Shown here one piece after another: positions 39,233 to 52,741 of a stretch of 64,000 nt of DNA; position 1 is the first letter of the stretch; every line of letters begins with the position of its first letter. This stretch comes from Octopus sinensis (taxonomy: Eukaryota), in assembly GCF_006345805.1 (NCBI RefSeq), contig NC_043000.1, forward strand, positions 6,944,001 to 7,008,000, written 5' to 3'. The notes beneath the pieces were generated by a model. It was not told where the DNA came from. It saw only the letters and a program-made list of their open reading frames with translations, and made no database searches. The position numbers and the translations under genes were made by a program.

Positions 39233-39561
39233 CTATTGAAAATTAAAAGAAAATATAACATTTGCAAACACACACTATCACACACAAATAGACAAGCACA
39301 TATATATTCATGTCTACATACAGACACACACACACACACACACACACATACACTTATATATATATATACATACATATGTATCTACATATGTATATATATG
39401 AATACATATATATATATATATATACATACATATATAAATATATATATATATACACATAGATATATGTACATAGATATATGTACATATATGTATGTATGTA
39501 TGTATGAATACATATATATATGTATATCATATATATACATATATACATATATACATATATA

Positions 39562-39605
<44 letters not shown>

Positions 39606-39663
39606 ACATATATATAATATATACATATATATATATGTATATATATACATATACATATACATA

Positions 39664-39800
<137 letters not shown>

Positions 39801-39802
39801 AT

Positions 39803-40262
39803 ATATTGTATATAAATAAATGGGGCAGGCAACAGGTTGCTTGGCCGCATACCAAAAAATTAGAAATAGTAGTCAAGACTGTTTATTTCTATTTTCTACA
39901 AGTGGGACTCCACAGTCGCATGATCAGAAGGTTCGAGGTACGTAGCATTTGATAAATCTATTTCAATGGAGAGTTGCGCTGATGACGGATGTGAAATATA
40001 TATGTAATATATATTAAAAATATATATGAAATATATATTCAATTTGTTTATAATCCAGACACATGATGTTCGCAAATGATCGCCAGACTTTGTTTTCGTT
40101 ATTTATTCCTTCTGTTTTGCATATGTGAATTGCAGGGATATGTTGTGTGTGGAGTCCCACTTGTAGATAGTAGTAATAAACAGTCTTGACTGCTATTTCT
40201 AATTTTTCAGTATGCGGCCAAGCACCCTGTTGCCTGCTCCATTTATTTATATACAATATATA
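39803..40262. mobile_element. Foldback/MITE with about 115-bp terminal inverted repeats
   Basis: 39803-39922 is the near-exact reverse complement of 40148-40262; flanked by TA repeats. Confidence 0.85.
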
Positions 40263-40400
40263 TACTGAACTTTACAGAAGTTCCTACCGTTATTCGGTTA
40301 TATTTACATACCGAATTCTACCAGTAAATAATTGTTGGTTTTTTTAAAAACCATTATAGGAATTATTTACTCTTATTATTATTATTATATATATATATAT

Positions 40401-40710
40401 ATCACCGTGATCACCGTGATCGACCAGGCTATCAGATGATGCTAAACATCGCTGGTCACAATGCGTTTCGCATTGTTTTAGCCTTCAAATGACGCCATCC
40501 CGCTGGCTAAGCGAGCAGGCCAACAGAAGAAAGAGTGAGAGAAAGTTGTGGCGAAAGAGTACAGCAGGGATCGCCACCACCCCCTGCCGGAGCCTCGTGG
40601 AGCTTTAGGTGTTTTCGCTCAATAAACACTCACAATGCCCGGTCTGGGAATCGAAACCGCAATCCTACAACCGCAAGTCCGCTGCCCTAACCACTGGGCT
40701 ATTGCGCCTC

Positions 40711-40713
<3 letters not shown>
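40401..40713 (-). mobile_element. tRNA-derived SINE family D, full length
   Basis: Head gtggaggcgcaatagcccagtggttagggcagcggac...ggtttcgattccc; homolog at 61716-62014. Confidence 0.9.
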
Positions 40714-40755
<42 letters not shown>

Positions 40756-41221
40756 CTGTATAATAGTTGTGAAACTTGGATTTGCTATATATACATCTAT
40801 ATCTATATATAAGCATGTATGTGTACATATATATGTATCCATATATATATATATAAATGTAGACAGTTAGAAAGACTGTCTTTTTCTTGTTTTTAAACTT
40901 TTATCGGTTTCTGGATTGCAGGCCATGCTGGGGCACTGCCTTGAAGGTTTTGTCTTTTTTATACTAATTTATGATTATTTAGGTATGCATTTTTCCATTC
41001 ATGATGTGGCTTAGTGTAACTTTTATATCTTTTACATGTTCCAGTCATTGAACTGCAGCCATGCTGGGTTACCACAGTACTATTTGTTTAAATTCTGGTA
41101 CTTGATACTAGAAATCTCTCTTTTGACTGAACTGCTAAGTTAACGGGATGCAAACAAACCAACACTGATTGACAATCAGTATCAGGGAACATTCATCAGT
41201 CCGTCCGAGCATCCATATATG

Positions 41222-41289
<68 letters not shown>

Positions 41290-41295
<6 letters not shown>

Positions 41296-41454
41296 TGAGG
41301 GTACTACTATTCGTAGATACCACCTTTTTTTAAATGATTTGCTTTGAAGTTTTGCATTCAGTTAAATTTTGTTTATTTTAGTCGTTTTGACCACATTGGT
41401 CCCTCTTAGCGTGTGGTATCTACGAATAGTAGTATAGTAGTACCCTCAATATAA
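41290..41454. mobile_element. 165-bp TA-target MITE
   Basis: ttatattgagggtactactattcgtagataccac inverted at 41413-41454 (right arm has an 8-nt internal duplication). Confidence 0.85.
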
Positions 41455-41625
41455 TATAAATAAATATTTTCAAAGTGGAAAAATTTACGGATTTTTTCTC
41501 TTACAAGGTTTTTCACACTAACTACTGATAATTTCTTATAAAGATTTTATCCTCAATTGTAAATTTATATTTTTCACCGGAATAGTTCAATACTGAATTT
41601 TTATTCCGAGTAAGCAATTTGTTAC

Positions 41626-41653
41626 CGAAATGCATTGCGAATAAGCCCGCCAT
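41626..41653 (-). CDS. Candidate first coding exon (MAGLFAMHF) in a CpG-rich patch
   Basis: aaaATGGCGGGC...TTCG|gtaaca; local CpG enrichment at 41575-41655. Confidence 0.3.
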
Positions 41654-41739
41654 TTTCATAGATTTTCTACAACAGGACAACCTGTTTCTGTCTTTATCAC
41701 ACTCTAACCTTTCATCATTTGACATAAGATCACTCTCCT

Positions 41740-41957
41740 CTCAAAATTTCTTTGTCTTGCAAGGTACTTGGTGACCCTGCCAGTGCTGGTGCCACATCAA
41801 AAGCATCCAATCCACACTGTAAAGTGGTTGGCATTTGGAAGAGCATTCAGCTATAAAAACCATGCCAAAACTGACCTTGCCCATACTGGTGCCACACAAA
41901 AAGCACTCAGTCCATTCTGTTGAGTGGGTGCTAGGAAGGGCATCCCACCATATCTAT

Positions 41958-41989
<32 letters not shown>

Positions 41990-42410
41990 GACGGTGCCAA
42001 AACAAACACAGAAGTTTGGTGCAGTCTTCTGCCTGGCCAGCTCTTATCAAACTGTCCAACCCATGCCAGCATGGGAGGCAGATATTAAATAATGATGATA
42101 TATATATATTATATATATATATATCATCATCATCATTTTTAATGTCCGTTGTCCATGCTGGCATGGGTTGGACGGTTTGACTGGGCTGGCATGCTGGAAG
42201 GCTGCACCAGACTCCAGTCTGATTTGGCATGGTTTTCTACGGCTGGATGCCCTTCCTAGCACCAACCACTGCGAGAGTGAATTGGGTGCTTTAACATGCC
42301 ACCAGCACAAGTGCCATTTGCATGACGCTGGGGGGAATTTATGTACCACTGGCATGGGTGCCAATTTGCATGACACTTTTTCTTGACTCAATGAGTATTC
42401 TTCTCAAGCA
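41740..42410. mobile_element. Tail-to-tail inverted pair of RTE 3'-end fragments
   Basis: 41740-42085 (+) and 42125-42410 (-). Confidence 0.8.
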
Positions 42411-43207
42411 CACACACACACACACACGCACACATATAGATCAGAGATATGTATGTATGCATGCATGCATGTGTATGTATGTATGTATGTATGTATGTAT
42501 GTATGTATGTATCTATGTATGTATGTATGCATGCATGCATGTATGTGTATGTATGTATGTATACAACAGGTATTTTTCAGTTTCTGTCTACTAAATCCAC
42601 TCACAAGACTTTGGTCAGCTTGGGGCTACAGCAGAAGACACTTGCTCAAAACACAAACCCATGTGGTTGCAAAGCATGCTTTTTAATCACACAGCCACGC
42701 TTGCACCTATTTTTAGATTTCCCCCTTTTTCTTCTTTCTAATAATTCATAAAACTTATAAGTACTCACACATGATCAGCCATGGGTATCAAACAGGACAA
42801 TAAAATACTCATTCCATTTTGATTAATTCTGTTCATTAATAAGCATCATGAGTTCTATACATTTGGCCAGGTTGAAGAGAAGCAATCTGATCAGTTACTG
42901 TTAGTGTGTTGTGTCTGTGAGTCAGTTCAGTTACCTGTAAATAATCACAAGGTAAGAAACAACTCATTCAAAGTTCATTAATGAATCACAAACTTGTACA
43001 TTTGTACAGTTATTTTGTTTTAAAGTTGTTTTTTTTTTCGGCATTTTTATGCTGTGATGTAAATTTTAAGAAAATCATAAGCATCAGTTGAGACAAAACA
43101 TGGCCAAGTAAATCTACAGTACACAAGGTACACATACACAAATACATACACACATACATACATACATACATACATACATACATACATACACACACACACA
43201 TATATAT

Positions 43208-43490
43208 AGGTGTGGCTGTGTGGTAAGAGGCTTGCTTCCCATTCACATGGTTCCAGGTTCAGGTCCACTGCTTTGCACCTTGGGCAAGTGTCTTCTACTA
43301 ATAGCCTCAGGCTGATCAAAACCTTATGAGTGGATTTGGTAGACGGAAACTGAAAGAAGCCTATCATATCTATGTATTTATGTATGTATGCATGCATGTA
43401 TGTATGTATGTATGTATGTATGTATGCATGTATGCATGTATGTATGTATGTATGTATGTATGTATATGTATGTATGTATGTATGTATCTA

Positions 43491-43521
<31 letters not shown>

Positions 43522-43712
43522 TAGTGTCTGTGTTTGTCTCCCACCACCGTCTGACAACTGGTGTTGGTGTGTTTATGTCCCCATAGCTTAGTGATTTGAC
43601 AAAAGACTGATAAATAGTAGGTTTTAAAAAAAAAGTCCAGGGTTGATTCGTTTGACTAAAAACCCTTCAAGGCAGCACCCCAGCATGGCTACAGTCAAAA
43701 TACTGAAAGAAG
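43208..43712 (+). mobile_element. SINE family A with (TATG)n/(TCTG)n interior
   Basis: Head ggtgtggctgtgtggtaag through tail cagcatggctacagtc. Confidence 0.85.
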
Positions 43713-44227
43713 TAAAAGAAAAAGATATATATATATATATATATATATGTTTACAAATTGAGATAGGGATTGTGAGTGCAACCCACCATGGGATATCATT
43801 TATCCAATATACTGCCAGTAAAGCACCCAACAAAGTTAATACATAAATGTTAAGAACTGTGATGCAATTAATTCATTTATTGTATTATATGGCCGAAGGT
43901 AAAATGTTTTACCACAAATTTATAATATGAAATAAGAAAATGGAGAAATACACCTTAATCAATAATCAACTACCAGATAATACCCAATCACATAATTTAT
44001 TAACCAACTACATATGAACATCAAGGTCAAACATAATAGTACAGAACAAAACAATGCACATCAATGAGTAATATGATACAATAAGTACAATATGTGTAAA
44101 TAAATATAAATATAAACTACATCTTACAGCTGTTTCAGCCATGTAGATATGAGTATCTCATTATGCTCATATTAGCCAGTTTTGATTGTTTTGTTCTGTA
44201 CTATTATATTTTGTATTATATATATAT

Positions 44228-44293
<66 letters not shown>

Positions 44294-44302
44294 ATATATA
44301 TA

Positions 44303-44363
<61 letters not shown>

Positions 44364-44371
44364 AATAAATA

Positions 44372-44617
44372 CACCCTTTTAAAGCCTAGCCAGGCTCATG
44401 GGCCCGGTTTCCCAGTTTCTATGGCATATGTGTTCCCCACCTGGACGGGACGCCAGTCCATCGCAGCATTACTCATTTTTGCCAGCTGAGTGGACTGGAG
44501 TAACGTGAAATGAAGTGTTTTGCTCAAGAACACAACGCATCGCCTGGTCCATGAATCGAAACCACAATCTTACGATCATGGTGCTGACACCCTAACCACT
44601 AAGCCATGCGCCTCCAC
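44372..44617 (-). mobile_element. tRNA-derived SINE family D2, full length
   Basis: Homolog of 52479-52727. Confidence 0.9.
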
Positions 44618-44620
44618 ACA

Positions 44621-44621
44621 T

Positions 44622-44698
<77 letters not shown>

Positions 44699-44703
44699 GA
44701 GAG

Positions 44704-44794
<91 letters not shown>

Positions 44795-44795
44795 C
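44621..44795. repeat. (GATA)n tetranucleotide microsatellite
   Basis: Direct reading. Confidence 0.95.
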
Positions 44796-46936
44796 AAACA
44801 GACAAACGGACAGATAGACATATATATATATATGGTGAACTTTCTTGTCATTGGTAACAAATGTGGGTTCAGCAATTTCTTGCTATTTCTTCCTGAACAA
44901 CTTTCACAGATGATTTGTTTATGGTGATCAAAAGTTTGTGCTGTACATTAGCTCACTCCTGCCATCAATTCACATTGCCCACCCATATTCCAATCCCCCT
45001 CTATCTCATCAATCATTTTTATCACTCTACTACCCCCCACTTCACATGTTTTATGTATAAGAAGTTGCATCAAACATGCTGTATGTTCTACCATAACTCT
45101 TTCTTTCCCAGATTTATCTACTACTAACCCTTCTGTGTACCTCTGTTACTATCAATCACTCTTGCTTCTCCTCTACCCCTATCTCCCCCTCTCTCTCTTT
45201 CTACTAGTATACTCTAACTCTCTCCATACACCTATGTTGGTTCTTCTTTGGTCATCGCTGTCTCACTTCTATTCACCTTCCTTCTCTGCAACATTGTCTT
45301 GAGCTAATAAACACTTCACAAAGTGATGAGATCTCTTTAAATTTATAAGCTACAAGACAACTTTACATTCAGTATAATTTGTAAAGAGGTTTGTGAACAA
45401 GTAAAGTTAACATGCAGTTGTGGGGTCCCCTACGTTTTGTTAAAGATATGACAACTTCACTCTTGCGTTGGTGCCACAAAAAATACCACTCGATACACTC
45501 AGTGAAATGGTTGATGCTAGGAAGAGTATCTGGCCATAGAAACCCAGCACAAATTAAAACTTACATCCTTTGACCCAGCTAGGATAGAAGTAACTCTAAA
45601 TATGAACTTGCTTGGCCCATAAAGACCCATTCAACCTATGCCAGCATGGAAAGTGGATGTAAGACAATGAAGATGACCATAATGATATCAAAATTGTATG
45701 TATATACATCATCATCATCATTGTCGTTGTCGTCATCATCATTATTATCAATCTTTTGTTTTAACATCCACTTTCCTATTCTTGCATAAGCCAGATGGAA
45801 TGCACTGAGGTAGATTTTCTGCAGCTGAATGCTCTCCCTGTTGCCAACTCTCATTTCCAAGCAAGGTTAACATTTCCCCATGGCCAGACATTTTCACAGA
45901 AGACTGGAAACAATGGACACAGATTGTAGGATTGTGATACTTGTTTACAATTATTGTGTGATATCAAGCCAAGGAGATACACACACACACATTTCAATTG
46001 TCCAGTAGCTAATTTTCTGCTCAAGTTGACTAGTGAGTGTTTACGTGAGTAAAATCTTATTATAACTTGATTTTTTGCCATTCTAATATAAGACTTTGAT
46101 TGTGAGCTATCATTCAATTCCACCTTGTAACAGCATATCAAGGAACTGATAAAACAATTTCCAGTAAATGGATAGTTACTAACATTTCTACAATTACACT
46201 TGCTTGACATGTTTTGCATGAATTGAATAAATAGAGCTGCTGAATTGCAACAAGTGTAAGAAACTTTAACAGAATTTCTATTTTATGCTGTTTTCTACTA
46301 AAATGAAGTGAGACTAACTCATTGGCTATAGTTGCTGAAACATTTAAGCTAAAATTTGGATTATACCACAGGATTTTCCAATTTCTATTTCTATATTTAG
46401 AAGATATTGATCAAGGTGCATATACTATCCAATCTGAAATATCTGCTTTGACTAAATACTTCATTATAGAAAATGTGAACTGTGATGATATACACCATGT
46501 AACATCAGAGGTGATATTTAGTGGATAAGTAGAACCCTTATTAATATAACATAACCACTTAGTAGGCTCATGATAAAGGAAAAAAGTTTTAGCACCTGAA
46601 TATAATGTAATGTTAAAAAAGTTGATTTATTTCTGAACATCATCAGCAATACCTTATTTTAAATATGTCTACATTAACACCATCTATATTTCCTAAGAGA
46701 AATAATCCATCATCTCAATAAATATCTCTATCCAACATTCGGAGCTTTTTCATGCAATGAATTCGAATCATTTTAACAAATTATTTCACACACTTCTGTC
46801 CCATCAAAAGTTCTCATAACTATATCTTTCCATTTTTTTAAACCTTAGGCTATATTTTCAAAAATCTTTCCAGTATGTACAAGGGTTTTAATATCTGAAT
46901 TGATAATGGATGTCAGAGTATTAGTGAAAACTAATC

Positions 46937-46987
46937 CTAAAATAGTAGTGGCTTGGTAGAAGAGGGATAAAAATACACAACATCAAC
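46937..46987 (-). CDS. Candidate terminal exon (VDVVYFYPSSTKPLLF*), followed by unique AT-rich UTR-like DNA
   Basis: Acceptor aaattctctcag; phase 0 matches the 47401-47470 exon. Confidence 0.35.
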   Translation of the reverse strand, partial: VDVVYFYPSSTKPLLF

Positions 46988-47400
46988 CTGAGAGAATTTA
47001 TAATTCTTTTTATTACTGATGCTGTTAAATTCTTCAATAACTGATAAACTATTGTTCCATAAGTGAGTTTCATTATTTCCCTAATCCTAAAGATAATAGA
47101 ATAATGGAATTCGCTACTACCTATACCTGTTTTTTTGCAGGGTTGATTAACCTACATTTAGGGGTGGGCTAACAAAATTACTCTTATGATCCTTAAATGT
47201 GGTATATGATGGACAGAGATGGGAGCAAATATCGCATTCTATTATCTATTTATATTATGGATGCAACCTCCTCAGTTTCTAGATTACTAAATCTGCAAGG
47301 GATTTTTTGTATATATTAGAAACGCTATTAGATAATAGCCTTCTGTAAAAATTTTTTATCTAAACTGTAAAGGCTATCTGTCTTATCAGAATGGACTTAC

Positions 47401-47470
47401 ATTCAGGTTGTTCTTTACATGGCTCTGGAATTTGTAATCAAATTTCTGGAATGCAATGTTTCTTGTTAGA
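47401..47470 (-). CDS. Candidate 70-nt internal exon (LTRNIAFQKFDYKFQSHVKNNLN)
   Basis: Acceptor ggatttttttcag, consensus donor AAT|gtaagt, single open frame 2 to 0, in repeat-poor unique DNA. Confidence 0.6.
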
Positions 47471-49010
47471 CTGAAAAAAATCCTTTTGAAATAATGCTAG
47501 TCAATAATTTAGAGGTGGACTTCAGTGCATCTTTAATCCATATTTATTATCACTATCTGTACATAATTTTCCACTATCAAACAAAAATGCTTGCCATATC
47601 ATTCTTCTTATGAAGCCTTTTGTTTTCTCAAACAAGGAATTTAACTAATTCTTGTTTCCTCCTGCAGAGGACACAAGAGCGTTCTTTATTAAAAAATATA
47701 ATAGATATTATTCCATATTTAGCAGTTTAATTCAGTCATACTACAGAGCTTTATACTAAGACAAGGAATGGTAGCTTTCAGTGTAAACATTTGAATCAAA
47801 ACGTTCCAATATAGACAAAGAAGTCAAAGAGTGCACTCAAATACTCTGTATGTGTGTATGCATGTGCCTGTGTGTATAGGGAGGGGCATGCACATGCATT
47901 GTATGCATGTTGAATAGTTTATTCTGAGTGAATTTGGGTTTAAGATTTTTCTAAATTTCTAAGTGCTAGAAGAATTTCAATTTCACACACTGAAGGATAT
48001 TTTACCAATCACAGTATTAATATGTTAGAATATGGTGGATTAAGCCACAAGCTCTTTCCTTTTGTGTTTTCTTATAAGACAGAGGGATTTAACTGCTCTA
48101 ACTGCTACACAAAAGAATACTAAATCTCTATAATAGTTTTAAGGAAACCATTAAATATCATAAGCACACAGCCAAAACAAAAAAGAAACCAAAGAAGAAA
48201 AGCTATGCAGTTTGATGTACCATTTTTAATCAATTTTAGGATTTCAATTGGAAAAATAGTCCTTCTTTATAAAACTGCAATTTCCTCCTGAGTATAAATA
48301 CAGAAAAAAAAAATCTTCCACACAAATTCACTCAAAATAAACTTAAATTTCACTAAGAAACTATCACTGAATAACAATAAAAATAATGAATAATTCAAAT
48401 TTCAAAATACAGATAACAATAACACCTCAAAAATACTACTTCTATTTGTTTAGTCAATAATAATTATCTAGAAAAGTTGCTATATAAACAGCTACTGTCG
48501 CATATAACATTAATCAGAGCATCATAGATTACATTGGATTGACAGCAAATCAATTTAAGATTGAATATTATCAACATAATTACACTTTTATAACCTTGTA
48601 ATAATGATTTGACATTAGCCTAGCAACACATGTCTGTGTTTTGAAAAATAATGATTTAAACTGAAATATTAGTTGGCATATTTTAGACAAAGAAATAACT
48701 TATACATAAACTAATTCATTCTGCAGATTATTTATTTTTGAGAAATCTAAAATTTGAAACATAATACTAAAACATCGAATAAGCATACCAAACTAATTAA
48801 TCTTCAAGCTCACATATGCAGAAACAGTTTTAGCATTAGGTTAACCACCCATTAACAACTACTTTTCATAATAAATGTATACAAGTGATACATCCATAAT
48901 AGATTTAACATACTTCCTATAACGGTTTATTTACATAAAATTGGATCAAAATATTTTTTTAAACTATACATTAATTATTGTCAGACATTTAACACGCGCA
49001 CACACACACA

Positions 49011-49043
<33 letters not shown>

Positions 49044-49558
49044 GATTGTACAACATTCCATAACTCAGTAACTAATAATAACTAGCCTTTAAACAATTCA
49101 AAACCTAATTACTGAATTATTATCAATTTTTTAAAATAATAAATTATACCTTAATATATGAAGGTGAAACCACATCTATGCCACATTACCTGACAGGTCA
49201 TGTCATGATGACACTTCAGGTTGTAATGTCCAGATATTAATGTGTGTATGTGTGTGTGTGTGTGCTTAAATGAGTATTTGTACACAGTCATATGAAGTGT
49301 GACATTAACAGTTTTGCATTTAAACCAGCTACGTCAAGCACATATATACTCCCTGCTTTAGGTTCAAACCACTAGATTCAGCCACTCACATCTACCCGAC
49401 AGTGCCATTCTAAAAATAAGCAGTTGCTGCATCAACATCTTGAAGCTACAAAAATGTGTATGATTAATTCAAAATAATGTGTATAAATAAGCATTGCATT
49501 TGACAGAATAATCCGAATGCTAAAGGGTTAACTTATGGGTTGTGACTTTGTATTTCAG

Positions 49559-49576
49559 TTCATGCATGGACTCAGG
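49559..49576 (+). other. Candidate plus-strand 18-nt microexon
   Basis: gactttgtatttcag|TTCATGCATGGACTCAGG|gtaagg. Confidence 0.25.
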
Positions 49577-50468
49577 GTAAGGCTCTTCTTCTTATCTCAA
49601 AATATCTACCAGGAAAATAGGTGGTCAATTTGTTTATCTGTGAAAGTTCACCTGCCTAAATTAAGTAGACACTTTACAAAAAACACAAAATTAGACGATT
49701 AATTCATTAATAATCCTCATCATCATCATCGTTTAATGTCTGCTTTCCATGCTAGCATGAGTTGGACGATTTGACTGAGGTCTGGCGAACCAGATGGCTG
49801 CACCAGACTCCAATCCGATTTGGCAGAGTTTCTACAGCTGGATGCCCTTCCTAACACCAACCACTCCGAGAGTGTAGTGGGTGCTTTTATGTGCCACTGG
49901 CACAAGGGCTAGTCAGGCAGTACAGGCAATGGCCACGATCAAATGGTGCTTTTTATGTGCCACCTAAAAAAAAAAAAGCACCATTTGAGCGTGGCCGTTC
50001 AATTATACTAATTTTTTTAGGGACTCAAGAACTGACATTTTTGAACAGTTGTACTTCTTTACAGAAATACAATGTTGTATTAAGATCTAGATTACAACAT
50101 TAGCACATTATGCAATCTCTTTGTGAAGTGGATAATGGAAAAATCTTTATCCTGTTTTTTTACTCCTTTTCTCTCAATATCCTTCAAACATACTATGGTA
50201 AAAAAAAAGAAGTGAAATGTGAGAATAGGTTAGAATAGGTTAGTGTACTATGAATGAAAGATCCATACTATTCTCCCTCTCTTTCAAAAACACAGACACA
50301 ATAGGCACAGCGTGGCTGTATGGTAAGAAGGTTGCTTCCCAACCATATAGTTCTGGGGTTCAGTTTCACTGTGTGGCACCTTGGGCAAGAGTCTTCTACT
50401 ATAATCTCGGGCCGACCAAAACCTTTTCAGTGGACTTGGTAGACGGAAACTGAAAGAAGCCTGTTTTA

Positions 50469-50701
50469 AAGGTGGCGAGCTGGCAGAAACATTAGCACAC
50501 TGGGCAAAATGCTAAACGGTATTTCGTCTGCTGCTATGTTCTGAGTTCAAATTCTGACGAGTTCGACTTTGCCTTTCATCCTTCAGGGGTCGATAAGTTA
50601 AGTACCAGTTACGCACTGGGGTCGATGTAATCGACTTAATCCGTTTGTCTGTCCTTGTTTGTCCCCTCTATGTTTAGCCCCTTGTGGGCAATAAAGAAAT
50701 A
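50469..50701 (+). mobile_element. SINE family C, full length, following a family A head
   Basis: Homolog of 8481-8716. Confidence 0.9.
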
Positions 50702-50899
50702 TATATATTAGTATCATATTTTGGCACAATGCCAGCAGTTTCAGGGGAGGGGATAAGTTGATCACACTGACACCAGTGCTCATCTGATATTTAATTTATC
50801 AAACCCAAAAGGATGAAAGGCAAAGTGGATCTTGACAGAATTTGAACTCAGAACACAAAGACAGATGAAATGTTACTAAGCATTTTGCTAACAGTTCTG

Positions 50900-51305
50900 C
50901 CAGCTTGCTTACGTGCCACTGGCACAGAAGCCAGTCAAGGCGGCGCTGGCATAGGCCAAGTTCGGATGGTGCTTTTTATGTGCCAGTGGCACATAAAAAG
51001 CACCATCCAAACTTGGCCGATGCCAGTGCTGCTACCTTGACTGGCTTCTGTGCCGGTGGCATGTAAAAAGCACCAACTGATCATGGCCACTGCCAGCCTC
51101 CCCTGGCACCTGTGCTGGTGGCACGTAAAAAGCACCCACTACACTCACGGAGTGGTTGGCATTAGGAAGGGCATCCACCTGTAGAAACACTGCCAGATCA
51201 GACTGAAGCCTGGTGCAGCCTCCTGGCTTCCCAGACCCCGGTCGAACCGTCCAACCCGTGCTAGCACGGAAAACGGACGTTAAATGATGATGATGATGAT
51301 GATGA
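50900..51305 (+). mobile_element. RTE 3'-end fragment with (GAT)n tail
   Basis: Matches the RTE 3'UTR. Confidence 0.85.
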
Positions 51306-52478
51306 TTACAACCTCTGTCTCTACAGTATTTTATTGCAGCTACAATAGCGTTTACTCTTTTTTTTCTAAGCTTACCAGGTACACATCTCCACCAGGCCAA
51401 CCCAACACACCTGTTTCTTCTCTTCTTATTAATCTATGCAGTGTCTCACTCCTTCCATCTCTCACATGCCTTGCACTGACTGCTTTTCTCAATCCTTTCT
51501 TAAAGACTGTCAGCCGACTGGGATTTTCTGGCAGACACCAACTTGCAGATGATCAGACTAGAAACACCAACTATTTCAATATCTCTTGTTTCAAAGGGTC
51601 TATTCTGCCTTTTCACAGTTTAGTACCATAAAAATAATAATATTTGGTACATTCTACAGTTGGGATGGTGCAATTAGTTTTAGAATGGTGATGCAGTTAC
51701 CCATCATTACAATTTTATACAAGTTTACTAATTCTTAGAATAAAAATAAAATTTAAACAACTCAGTTGTTGAGACTATAATTATTAAGAAAACTAAATTT
51801 AAATTCCTTAAAAAGAAAAGAAAAAAAATTGACCTGAACTGAATTAGTCAAAGGTCAATACTTTCAGGGTCAGAATACTGAGGTAAAAATTTAACAATCA
51901 AATCTCTATGTCACAGCCTAACAAAAAAGTAGAATGAAACCAAAAAATAAAGTAGAAATAAAAGAAAAATAAAGAGAAACAAATTTGTATGTGTAAGGAT
52001 TAAAAGGGAATTTTCAGACTGACTGTGCAGATATAAGTAATAAACATGAAAGTTGATATTGCCAAAGGGTTTATGATGGTAATTACATCAAGTAATTGAT
52101 AATTACATAGAGCTGGTGATGAAAGAGATGTGGGTTAGACTCCTGCTTGAGCTCTCAATTTTCATTCCATTTCATGTTTACTTTATGTATCTGCAAAGCA
52201 CTCAGTCTTTTTAGAGGAATGTAAACATATTATTGTCATTGAATCCTTAGATTACTCATCACCAAAACAAAATAAAATCTAACATCAATGAAGTTAATGG
52301 TTAAATAAATAATAACGTAAATAGATATAATGTAGCAATAATATATGCCCACTGTATATTCGTCTGTCCTTACGTTCTGAGTTCAAATTCTGCCAAGGTT
52401 GACTTTGCCTTGCATCCTTTCAGGGTCAATAAAGTGCCTGAGATAGATACCTATTTAAAATAAGGTTAATTTAAAAGT

Positions 52479-52741
52479 GTGGAGGCGTGTGGCTTAGTGG
52501 TTAGGGTGTCAGCATCATGATCATAAGATTGTGGTTTCGATTCCTGCACTGGGTGACGAGTTGTGTTCTTGAGCAAAACACTTCATTTCACGTTGCTCCA
52601 GTCTACTCAGCTGGCAAAAATGAGTAACGCTGTGATGGACTGGTGTCCCGTCCAGCTGGGGAACACATACACCATAGAAACTGGGAAAGTGGGCCCATGA
52701 GCCTGGTTGGGCTTTAGAAGGGCGCATTTAATTATTTTATA
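52479..52741 (+). mobile_element. SINE family D2 with a 13-bp TSD
   Basis: ttaatttaaaagt at 52466-52478 and 52742-52754. Confidence 0.9.

Noticed and set aside
40640-40713. tRNA-like sequence (also at the heads of families A, C, D2 and E)
   Set aside because: A and B boxes continue into SINE bodies; no complete acceptor stem or standalone cloverleaf
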